From Bugula neritina (taxonomy: Eukaryota; Animalia; Bryozoa), in NCBI GenBank assembly GCA_964035545.1, contig OZ037770.1, forward strand, positions 13,010,642 to 13,074,641: a DNA stretch of 64,000 nt, given 5' to 3'. Below the pieces are notes generated by a model. The model saw only the letters and a list, made by a program, of their open reading frames with translations, did not search any database and was not told where the DNA came from. Below are positions 1 to 11,161 of this stretch, piece after piece. The position numbers and the translations under genes are program-made. Within the stretch, counting starts at the first letter, position 1; each line of letters starts with the position of its first letter.

Positions 1-714
1 AGGAGCAAGAAGAAATTACTGGCTGCCGCTGTTTTCATGTAAACTAATCATTAATTTGAGGTCATGCAGGTGTAGTAGCAGAGAAATTGAGATAGCATAA
101 GTTCATAAATTTTCTTTTAAGACTTTGGTTGAAATCCTCATGAGAACATAGCTTTTTTGCTACATTTGTAATTTAGAACACAGGCTTTTCGAAGTTTCAC
201 CATTACTGCACCTATAATCTCATATTATTTACTAGTAAACCTCTGCAGATAAGATGCAACACACAGCAGTCACAATCTAAATTCTATATCATATGCAGTA
301 TATATTGTATAATAATAATATTAGTCTCAGTTTGTTACCTTTGGCTCTCCAGTTTGTTGATACAAGTCTTTAGAGATACAGAGAGATGTGTTTACAGTAG
401 CTTCATATAAACATTCCTTGTGTCTTTCAATTCAGAGTAATCTGGCTTGTCACCTTTTGATCCTGTCAGTCTAAAAACAGTAGCAGTTTATAGCAAGTAT
501 AAATTCTTCCTCATTAGTAGCCAAAAGGAAATATAAATCATTTAAATAAACTTAATGCATTATTTTACTATACTTACTGCATATTCTTAACTAAGAAATA
601 CCAATGTTAAAGTAGCTTAAGCTTCCTATAAGAGACGATACATTTAAATATCAGTTTAAATACTTGCAAAGTTTTTTACTGATCTGACTCAATAAAGGAT
701 GGAATAAAAAGCTA

Positions 715-843
715 ACGTGAGTTCACAGTTGCCATCCCTGCAGTGAGAATCTCTGGTAGAAAAAAATATTTTTAAACCGGCCAAGGACTTATTCTAACGG
801 GAGGCATAAGCAATCATGACTAGATATATTGCTTGATATTACA
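715..843 (-). mobile_element. Degraded 3' half of tRNA-derived SINE (copy 1)
   Basis: Aligns by eye to the SINE at 1493-1704 (gttcacagttgccatccc..gtgagaa..aaggacttatt..gcaatcatgactagat); tRNA head missing. Confidence 0.65.
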
Positions 844-1492
844 TATTTTTTCTTAGAATATATGTTGCTGTGTTTTGAGTAGACTGAAAGAGGAGATTCA
901 AAATGCTTCACTTGATTAAAGATGTTGAAAAGTTGGAGGTTTTTCTAAGAAAATGTTAGCAACATGCGGAACTGTTCAACTGCATCAAACCAGAACTTAT
1001 GAGCCGCAGAGAGACAAAAATTTACATCTCTGTACCTAACAGAATTAATGAGTTAATAATTTGATTAGAATGATTAATTAAAATTACTATTATGACAGTT
1101 CCATCACTAGATGACTACTTGCCTACCATGCAGTATAAGTTATTTATGAATTCATTAGTATTTTGGCTGAGCAAAGTAACACCAGTATAGGAATTGGTGA
1201 ATTGCTAATCTTTATAAAACTTTTTTGTAATTCACAGCAGCTACATCATAACATGTCTAGCTCACTGAGTTTCTACTGGGTCATATGAGCAGATCTGTTC
1301 CCATGGAAACCATCAATAATATCTACTAACTCTAGCTTAACAATTAATGTATATTAGAAGATTATAACTTCAGATATCATTAAACTCAGAAGCTACAAAG
1401 CAATAATATATTATGTTGAGCAATAATGCATCTGTAATGTGCTAACAGCTATTATAAAAACCTATAGTTATAACTATAACGTAACAATATAC

Positions 1493-1704
1493 TCACGCAA
1501 GTTTACAGTCACTATCCCGTGAGAAACCCCTGATAGAAAGGGTTTTTGTTAAAGCGGGCTAAGGACTTATATTTAAATGAGGCACAGGAGCAATTATGAC
1601 TGAATGCTTTTCCTAACATCACCAATGGCCTTTGTCAGGGCTTGAACCCATGACCATCGTGTTTACTAGGCAAACGCTCTAACCCCTAGACCACGGCTGC
1701 TCCT
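1493..1704 (-). mobile_element. Full-length tRNA-derived SINE (copy 2) with 18-bp target-site duplication
   Basis: Minus strand starts GGAGCAGCCG-TGGTCTAGGGG (A box)...GGTTCAAGCCC (B box); flanked by perfect direct repeat TATAACGTAACAATATAC at 1475-1492 and 1705-1722; five other copies in window. Confidence 0.9.
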
Positions 1705-4700
1705 TATAACGTAACAATATACCAAGAAGTAATTATATAGCCATCAACTGCATCAGTAATTATACAATTACTTTCTTTGATATATTATGGTTAAGCTAGT
1801 ATTAAAGTATTACGTAGATCTGCACTGTTTTGTTGACTTGTGGAACTTAGCAAACTATGGTTTGATGCATTTTCCTTAAACGTTATCACTGCAGCTTTCA
1901 CAAGGTCACCAAGGTTTAATTTTGTAACATAAAATTTGGCATGCAAAAGGGAATACAAAAACTTCACTGTCAGATTGACTATTTATGATAGTTATAATGA
2001 TAGTCATCTCAATTCTACATCTACTTTTGAAATAAAGGTTTAAGCTCCTAGGCTAATGATTTATCCAGTTACATGTAACTCTGGAAATCTAAAGTTTTGG
2101 CAAAACTAGCTGTCAAAATGACTACAATTCAGTATGAAATTATAATAATATATAACATAGTCTACGTATAAGACCATCTCCAGCTGCATGATTTTTACTC
2201 ATTGTGTCTTCTATTGAATAAAAATATTATGTGCATCCATTTTTTCTCATTTGGATTTGAAATTCTTATACTGTGGTTTAGCAAGAGTAACATATGACCT
2301 AACACTAATTACTATATCAAGCTTATACTGTTTTGTTCAGGTTTTTTCTTCTGAAATATGCTGTTTTGGTTGTGTTCTATGTGCATTTAAGATAATATTG
2401 CTTTCGATATTAAATTCATTGATCGCCATTTGGAGTTGAGGTTAAATTTGCATATTTAAAAAAACTATAAACCAAGGTTAGATATATCTTCTAACATCTC
2501 TAAACCTTGATATATATCAAAGCATCACTCTGGAAGATAGAATAACCATTGCTAAATACCAGAGTAATGAATTCATATACCATCATGTCAATTCTGAAAT
2601 GAAGTGATGACTCAGGGTCATCCAAAACCAGGCATCTGCTCAAATTACTGTTTGACAGCAAATGACATTTCAACTCTGTTTGAAATTGGGCTAAAGGAGA
2701 TGATTCAGTTAGCTGGTCAAATTTTTAGTTTCTAATCACCTATTACTGCTGAGTATGGCTATTTCATGCTATAACTGTCAATTACTATTACTGGTACTAT
2801 TGAGTACATACTATAATACTACGTCTATAACTTGTATCATTGAGTATTACTATTGTTACAATTGAATACGATCATTACTAATACTGAGTAGTGCTACTTA
2901 TACTATTGGGATAAATATTCACAATTAATCAGAAAACTACTGAGTGATGGCCACAGCTGCAATATGCTCAGTTAATAACTTTTACTGCTGCTGTTTTCAA
3001 CAAGGAGGATATTTTTCTTGGTTAAATCATAGATTAATTTCGAAACTGACTTGTCTCTTTGAAAAGTATAAGCTTCACTCACCTGGTATGTAGAAATATG
3101 TAGAAATAGGTCTATTGAATGTGAAATTCTAATAACACTTCATACATCTCCACAGCAACTCCATTTGTTTCACTATGGTATACTAAGTACTGATCAGGGA
3201 AAATTAATGACCAATCAAGTATCAGAAACGGTTGCCATTGGCCAATCAACTATAAAAGTGCATGTTTATAGAAAATAAATACCAGTTTAGTAGGATAGAA
3301 TGGCTATATAGTAGTTTGTATAGTAACCTGATATATAATTTCTCAAAATGAGATTTTAGTTTGATAAACATTTCCCTATTCTATAGATAGACACACTATG
3401 TTACTGGGTGTGTCTGCAAATTTGAAAATTGATCCTTTGACAAGATTTTCAGATATACGCCTTTTGTCTAGCAATTTTGTAAAGTGAATCAAGTGAAAAG
3501 CGTGCAGTTTACGAGGTTTTGTTTATTATTCTAAAAATTGTTAAAATAAAATAGGTCAACTTTGTCATTGATGGGTAAAAAAAATTGAACTCAATAAATT
3601 TTTAAACCCCATTTTAAACTCACATATAATAGATTATTTACCAATTGAAATTTGCTGCAAGACCGATATTTCTGTCCCTTGTGTTGAGGGTGACATGCAT
3701 GGTAGATATCAGTGAACATGCAGTCTGCAGCCCAACTCTGCTAGACTACCTACTTTCTCAGCACAGATTACTTACCAATCCAAAAGTCTCACTCTCTGAC
3801 ACTGCGTTCAATAATTCTGATTAATTATAGTTTATTTGACACACTTGGAGCTTCTGCTTCTGTATCTTTTATTCTCATCACCATGACAACTGTAATGCCG
3901 TGGTACTAACAAACTATCAAGAACTTCCTATTATTGCTAAAACACTTACAACATAAAACACTATTCAAATTAACATAATATGTTTATTATAGTACTTATA
4001 GTTTCAGCTTTGCCAGTGCAACAGCTAGCTTTTTATATTACATCAACAATTATTTTGTACTACTTTTAAACTTGTAGATAGTTATAACTACAGATTTCTC
4101 TACACCGCGATCTGTCTTCATAACTGCTATGCGTTATAATTATTGCCTAAGATCAAATTCTGTTTAATATTGTTGGATTTAGTAGAAACTGCACGGAATA
4201 TAAGATGGTTTATAGTATTTATCATACTATCTACAAGCTAACCTAAGGTGATTGGCTAACTGCCCTACAAGCATTAGGATTTCCTAACAGCTTAAGTAGG
4301 GCTTGGATATTGGCTATCGGAGTGGTAAAAGTAAAGACTGCACTCTTACACTGAGTAGAACTTTACGTTGCAGAAACAGCATCTCAAACTGCAACCTGAT
4401 GTATGGAGAATCCTCCAGCCAAAGTTCTATAGCTCTCCTCTTGTAGTTTGGGGGCCTTTTGTCACTGACTATCAGCTTTGCGTCATTGAATAATGCAGAT
4501 TTAATAATAAAATCCCTTTGCTGCTGCTGAACTGTATTCTTACAAATCAATGCGCCCTAGAGAATATGACTTGCAGAATACGAATGGTTAAATTAACAAC
4601 AAATTATGATAATTTCTTGGCTCTTGACAATTCAGCAATCCCCCACTTATTTCATCCTCCAATCATAGCAAACAACTTAGGCGTATATGTTAATTCTGTG

Positions 4701-6943
4701 TGGGTGACTAAAAAAATAAAGTTGCATATTTTTATCTCTTATAATTTTTGGCTGCCAGATGCTAAAAGTTTAAGCTAGCAATTTTAGTATTATATATTTG
4801 ATATTCCATGAATTGGGCTGTTAATTTTCAATTTTACAGTTTGTAACTTATAGTACATGTATATATAATTGCTATTAGTAATTAAGGAATTTTTTTAAGA
4901 TTATAGTCATTACCTTTTTAGTGCTTATTCTATTTCCTTGTTAAATGTTGAACTTACTAATACCTCTGCATGTAATATAAGTTATCTTCTCTTGTATATA
5001 AAAATAATATGGTATAATACAGTGCACTTTCTATATAGTTGATTCTGTTTCCCACATTTAAAAATTAAAACCTTGTGAGTTTCTCAAAAAAATAACTCAA
5101 TTGTAAGTCTGTGAGGACATTTATGAAATTATTTATATTTTTTTAAGGCCTGTGAGTTGTCCACATAGAAGACTGAAAAATATAAACTTCTGATTTTTGA
5201 CATAAATAATAAAGTTATTTGCTTTCTAGCGCTGCTGTCTGCATAAAGTGCATCAACTTTCGCATTGGTGATGAATTTGTGATGTCAACTGATAACAGAA
5301 ATGTTAAAGCTTCAACAATGATTCATCAACTTATTATAGCTTAGCTTTAGGAATACATTATTCAATTTCTCTAAACTCTATGAACCTCAAAGACATGCAC
5401 CTAAAAGCCTACTGCTGATCCAGCAGAAAAAATATTCTCGGATATAGCCAGCACCGGTAAAATGAATATACTGCATCAGTAATATAAACTTGATTATATG
5501 TGTAAACATAATATATATTTTGTCTCCAAACACCCTTGCAGCGCCATTAACCTCATTTGTTATACTTCCTGGTAGACTATGTTTACAGATAAGAGTTTTT
5601 TTTCTTTAGAGGTCATTGACTCTGCCTGTGAATGTGAGTACTAGTTAGAGATCAAATTACTGTGCTGCTAATATATACCAGTATCTGATTGTTATATTAT
5701 ATATATTGATGATTAGGAGAATATCACTTGTATGTTATTTTAACATAATATATTATGGAAATACTAGGTTAATTATAGGAATTTCTGCAAGTACTTTAAG
5801 CAGTAATAAAATATACATTACTTGGTGCAGTACACTCTATTTATACCTGAGAATTCAATAATATTTAATCAGTTATGTGTTATTTTCGGTATTTACAAGC
5901 ACTATGTTGCTAAATGAGTGCTTTTATCCCAATACATGCACTTTGCAAATGAATGATTACATTGTAATCATAAACATATTAAACTACAAGTTTCCGTTTC
6001 CATAATTATGCTAAATCTTATTATAGCTAGGTTAGTATGAATGTTAATAGTTATATACTGCTCACAGTAGCAATTGTTTGTACCGATTCTGATCGTATTT
6101 ATTACACTTCCTGTTGGTTTATTTTTGCACGTTGATAAGCTCATGCATGTGTAAATTATATGCATTTATACAACACCATAAATCAACAACAGCTAGTGTC
6201 TAAAAGTGAACAACATGTAACCCTAAATTTACCATTGAGAAATTATTTCATCAACTTTTGATCTTAAGTAAACAAACAATTCCATCGTAAACTAGTTGAA
6301 GAGTGGCTTGAACATGAAAAGACAAATCCTCTATCCGTCATTTAATTTCCTATGTCTTGATTGTTTTAGACATGAAATTATTATTTTTGTTGGTGTTTTA
6401 CAATATCACAAAACTAATTAAAAATTTGACACATTTTATTAGACATTAAAGGAAATTATGAGCAGTAGTTTTGCCTAATGATAAATAGTGAAGAAAGAGA
6501 AGATAACTCTAGAGCTACAACCTTTTGACAATTATCAATAGTTTCAATAGGTTTTCTTCTATTTATGCATTGCATTTTAAAACCAGAAGAATTTGTGACA
6601 TGATTAGTTTCACTTGCATCACCAAAAACAAATTAGAATATTATATTTGTACTTATATGACCACACAGCTGCAAAAGTCAACTGCTTTTATAAATTAAAG
6701 CAGTCAGTCCCAATGATACGCTTAAAACTCTAATTTTATGTTCTACTCAATAACACAATTTTAAACATAATGATTTTATATAAAATTGATCAGATTTTCA
6801 CAGTTAAATATATTAATAAATAGTATTATTGTTAAAGTACAGTATTCACTATTATAGTATAAAGAAAACACAATCTAGATTCACATTGACAAGTTGTTTG
6901 ACAAACATCTAAGATGGGGAAAACTTTCAACTGTCAACTCTAG

Positions 6944-8032
6944 CTACGTATGGTTCTCATTTAACATCAAAGTTGTAGTAACCAGAGTCCTAGAAGTCTT
7001 TCGCAAACTGGTAGCAGAACTGTATATTTTGACACTGGAATTTACCCCTTTGGCTGCCTGGTGGCCACTACAGAAACATTTGAAAATTTTCCATTCAACT
7101 AAAGCACTTCTAAACTTTGACCCGGAAATACAGTAGATCACAAATGTGTTCGCAACTCCAAAGTATTGTATGGCGTAGCATGCTGATCGAACCAACTCTG
7201 TCTTAGGATTGTCATTGTCCATTAACTGTACAATGGACACTGGCAATGTTGTCACTACGAATAGTATATTGACTACTGTTAGCATTACAGTCATCGATCT
7301 TCTTGTTTTCACAAGAGTTTTGTTTTTGTGTTCCGATTTAGTCTTGTTCAAGGAGCGCCGTGTTGCAAGGATGACTACAACATTGCTGATTATTATGATA
7401 ACAGCTGGCAGTATGGAAAAACTGATCAAATCAAATACAGACCAAATAAACCAAGCCGATGATGCCTGAAGATAAAAACACCCATTTTTATAATCTAAGA
7501 CAAGAACTATGAAACTATTTAGTCCCAGACATACCAACAACTCTACACTCACTATAATCAGCCCCTTCTTCCAATTCAGATGTTGTGAACCGCAATACTT
7601 GGTTTTCCAAAAATGTCTAGCAATGTGATACATCCGATCTAAGGCTATAGTAGCTTGGATCCATGCTACATATTGTAACGAGGTGTAAGTCAACATCACA
7701 TGAAAGATGCAGCCCATTTTTAAATGCTGACGGATATTAAACGTCCACATTGTAAATCCTGGAATGGTCCAGTGTAGAACGCCAGTGTACAGTGTGAGTA
7801 GACCGGCTAGGGATAGTGCGACTATATACACTCCAAACGTCTGAATTCTAAATGACCTTTTCGTGAGTATAACTAACAGAGAGAGAATATGGCCTATTGT
7901 CCCTGTTGCAAGAATAACTGTGCCACCATATTTCCGAAGGTCTAGAATAACGCATTCTATGTATGTTGGGTCATAGTCTGGGTGGTATTTGTCACAAATG
8001 TTAGTGTAGTTTGGTGGATCCGTAGTATTCAT
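6944..8032 (-). CDS. Class A (rhodopsin-like) orphan GPCR, peptide-receptor/chemoreceptor-like, intronless CDS
   Basis: Seven hydrophobic segments; ALDRM (DRY-like) at end of TM3, ILPAV in TM5, TTLP in TM6, FVIYCISGSKFR at TM7/helix 8, Cys at top of TM3 and in ECL2; N-terminal NTT/NYT sequons. Likely start ATG 8032, just after a splice acceptor (tgtatatttag|AGACAGAATG, 8040/8039); ORF track extends to 8119. Confidence 0.88.
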   Translation of the reverse strand: MNTTDPPNYTNICDKYHPDYDPTYIECVILDLRKYGGTVILATGTIGHILSLLVILTKRSFRIQTFGVYIVALSLAGLLTLYTGVLHWTIPGFTMWTFNIRQHLKMGCIFHVMLTYTSLQYVAWIQATIALDRMYHIARHFWKTKYCGSQHLNWKKGLIIVSVELLVCLGLNSFIVLVLDYKNGCFYLQASSAWFIWSVFDLISFSILPAVIIIISNVVVILATRRSLNKTKSEHKNKTLVKTRRSMTVMLTVVNILFVVTTLPVSIVQLMDNDNPKTELVRSACYAIQYFGVANTFVIYCISGSKFRSALVEWKIFKCFCSGHQAAKGVNSSVKIYSSATSLRKTSRTLVTTTLMLNENHT

Positions 8033-8123
8033 TCTGTCTCTAAATATACAAAACAGTTTTTGCATAAACTTCTCATGGTATAACAACTCAGAATGTCTAC
8101 AGGATCTTGTACACAGCATAATA

Positions 8124-8321
8124 AGGAAGCAGCCATGGTCTAGGGTTAGATCATTGGCTTAGTAAACATGATGTCATGGGTTCAATCCCCAGTGAATACC
8201 GTTGGTGGTGTTAAGAAGAGCATCCAGTCATAATTACTCCTATGCTGCATATATGAATAAGTCTTTATAGTCAGCTTTAATAAAACCTTTTTTACCAGTA
8301 GTTTCTCAAAATTGGATGGGC
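8124..8321 (+). mobile_element. tRNA-derived SINE (copy 3)
   Basis: GGAAGCAGCCATGGTCTAGGG (A box), GGTTCAATCCC (B box), body AAGAAGAGCATCCAGTCATAATTACTCC shared with the other copies. Confidence 0.85.
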
Positions 8322-9690
8322 AGAAGAAAGAATATAATTTATGTGACAAACACTCTAACTGTGTTATACTATGCTAGGTTCTTTCAAAGTATTAGACAAT
8401 AAATTTAAGATATGCGTTTATATTTACGAAACAAATTAGTGTTGTCACTGTTTTACACACGCTAAGACCAAATTAAAATTCTTCTTCCAATGTTTTGTTG
8501 ACTAATGCAGTTCAAAATTTACATGCCCACATATTTCAATAAAGCACAATGCAATTTCTGAACTGATAGAGGATTGTCTATAATCTATAAATTATTGTGT
8601 AACAATTCTATGAAATACAAGCCATCAACAAATCAACAACTCAGCCTAAAAGTTATAGCATTTTCAGGTCAAAGTAAACACCTGTAGAAATCTAAACTTA
8701 AACCCCGCTGAAACACTTGATTATCCTAAACAGGAAATAACTAATTGACCTACATATTAAATATAGTTTGCTTTTATTTTGTTAATCACAAATAAATTCT
8801 TTTTCCCCAATAAAATGGTAGAAGAAATATCCAACTAGTACGGGTATTACTATATGTCGAGTTCAAACTATCATTCAAGTATATTTAAGTATATTTAAGT
8901 ATATCAACAAAAAGTCTAATGTGCATTATGCTTGACTGTCTTGGAGGTACAGCCACTCAAGTTAATTAGTTTCAGTTAAAAAGATTTCAAATTAGAATAA
9001 TTAATTTTACGTAGTAAAATGGGCATCAGAAGTTATTATGTTACGTTATTATATAATTTTTTTATTATGTAGTAGCCCTAGCTGCAAGATAATGAGATAA
9101 ATCATAGGGGCATGATTTTATTTTACAAACCCTAAGCCGCCCTTTGATGCTGTAAAATGTGATCACTGATCTATTACTTCATATTTGCATCATAGCTTAA
9201 TTAAGAAATTAGTTCTGTACACTAGTACACCTATTTCAAAGCAATAGAGGAAGTTGCATAACCTATACGTTCTATAGTATTCTTAAGAGAGTTTAGTTTG
9301 GAGCGCAGGGTGAGATTCCCTTCAACTCTATTACAATATCTCATGAGTATTAGGAAGCATGTAGCCTGAAACGCAACAAACAAGCATTAATTTGTATTAA
9401 CGCAATACCTAAATTAATGCTTCTCTTCCCAACACTTTAGCAGCAATTACACGTAGTTTATTACATTTTAGAATTATTGCATTGCAATTATTCCATAGCA
9501 ATAAATGGCGGAATGAGGCTCATACACTAGCATCTACAACAAACTCCATAACTTAATCTAAGCGTTAGTACAAGAGGGAACAAAACTAGCCTATATTCTG
9601 AAAAAGTAAATAGTTTGTAGATTATTCTCTCACACAAAGTAGAAGCACATTGATTGACATAGCAACCTATCAAATAATAACTCTGTTAAA

Positions 9691-9691
<1 letters not shown>

Positions 9692-9771
<80 letters not shown>
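9692..9771. repeat. (TA)n microsatellite
   Basis: ~80 bp of pure TA. Confidence 0.97.
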
Positions 9772-9775
<4 letters not shown>

Positions 9776-9942
9776 AACTTGTACTATATCTCAAGTTTGT
9801 TCAAAACAGTGACCCAGATGTCAGCAAAGTTGATTACTGCCAACGTGTAAATAATAATGAAATGTATTGACTTTCAGATATGTTATGTAACGTTATAATA
9901 AGGGATGCTATATATAGCTATAGATTAAAGTACAAGATGATC

Positions 9943-10025
9943 CACATATAGCAATATGTTTACAGTAACGTATATGCATAAAGAAACATGTTTATACATA
10001 TATATATATATAAATATATAAATAA

Positions 10026-10057
<32 letters not shown>

Positions 10058-10130
10058 TTATATATATATTTATATGTATAAACATGTTTCTTTATGCATA
10101 TACGTTACTGTAAACATATTGCTATATGTG
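9943..10130. repeat. Long inverted repeat with TA-rich centre
   Basis: ~58-bp arm CACATATAGCAATATGTTTACAGTAACG...TTTATACATA is repeated as its exact reverse complement ending at 10130. Confidence 0.95.
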
Positions 10131-10251
10131 ACCCCTAGGTGACCCCTAGAGTCACTTGAGCTCTCTGGCTTGAGTTTACACACCTTTTAAATATGCTTTA
10201 GTAGAAACATAAGTTTCTACTATTGCGAAGGTGTGGGCCATGGTACTCTGT

Positions 10252-10298
10252 TCTGTGCTGATGAGGGGATTAACCCCGAAACAACTGCTGTCCACAGA
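10252..10298 (+). ncRNA. Type I hammerhead ribozyme
   Basis: TCTGTG-CTGATGA-GGGG(ATTAA)CCCC-GAA-ACA(ACTGC)TGT-C-CACAGA: intact CUGAnGA/GAAA core, stems I, II and III all pair, GUC cleavage triplet ending at 10292. Confidence 0.88.
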
Positions 10299-10301
10299 TT
10301 G

Positions 10302-10304
<3 letters not shown>

Positions 10305-10381
<77 letters not shown>

Positions 10382-10501
10382 TTAAATACATTTATATACA
10401 TTTATATGCATTTATACATATTTATATATATTTATATACATTTATATATATTTATATTATTTATATGCATTTATATATATTTATATATAATTATATATAT
10501 A
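10305..10501. repeat. (TA)n microsatellite decaying into (ATTTATATAT)-type repeat
   Basis: Direct reading. Confidence 0.95.
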
Positions 10502-10944
10502 CACATAAAAAAGTTATACTGGGTTAGCAATAGCTGCTAAAAAGCTTAAAACCTTGAATTCTGATAAAATTGACAAAACTAAAGCTTTGCTGTGGACAAA
10601 CTATTGATAATTAACATAACACAAACCTGGTCTGAAGATGCGTAGCAAAGAACTATTAAGTAAGGAAATGCTGACTTTGGCTGACATACAGTAAATCAAT
10701 GCTATCTGTTAAGGAGTACGAGCCGTTGACCAATCAACTTTCTACATACACTAATAGCTTTTTAGTCTTTACATAATGTAGAATCAAACTTGCTGTATCG
10801 CTAATTACATTACTAAAGGTTTTATGTCCTACTTTGCTCATCATTTTATGCTTTGAGAGAAACTATAAAGTTAGAATTTCAAATTAAGTTAGCTTTGCTA
10901 GCTTGTGTAATAACCTCTGGTTATACGAGTAGCTAGTGACAGAC

Positions 10945-11082
10945 GTTTCTCTTATAATATGAATTTTTATTCTTACAATATTGCGTATGTAGATCGGTGA
11001 TAGAATACTTATATATAAGTATTCTATCACCGATCTACATACGCAATATTGTAAGAATAAAAATTTATATTATAAGAGAAAC
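10945..11082. repeat. 138-bp spacerless palindrome
   Basis: Symmetric about 11013/11014 (ACTTATA|TATAAGT); one mismatch in 69-bp arms. Confidence 0.95.
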
Positions 11083-11105
11083 CGATAAGAAATATTATAA
11101 GAAAC

Positions 11106-11161
11106 ATTCAAAGTTACTTATAAAGTAAAGTTATAACTTTACGTTATAGGTAACTTTGAAT
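11106..11161. repeat. 56-bp spacerless palindrome
   Basis: ATTCAAAGTTAC...GTTA|TAAC...GTAACTTTGAAT, two mismatches. Confidence 0.85.

Noticed and set aside
1630-1704. SINE heads as tRNA genes
   Set aside because: No complete acceptor stem, variable between copies, always joined to the same body and flanked by TSDs.
4314-4778. Two short ORFs in a slightly GC-richer patch
   Set aside because: No recognisable domain or splice structure; possibly an old TE fragment but unassignable.
8033-8119. GPCR N-terminal extension from ATG 8119
   Set aside because: A good splice acceptor lies at 8040 and the sequon-rich ectodomain starts at Met 8032; the extension is probably intronic and abuts a SINE.
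9650-10391. IYIY ORFs
   Set aside because: (TA)n translations.
10632-10655. Second hammerhead candidate CTGAAGA-TGC-GTA-GCA
   Set aside because: GAAA does not follow stem II and no stems I/III can be formed.
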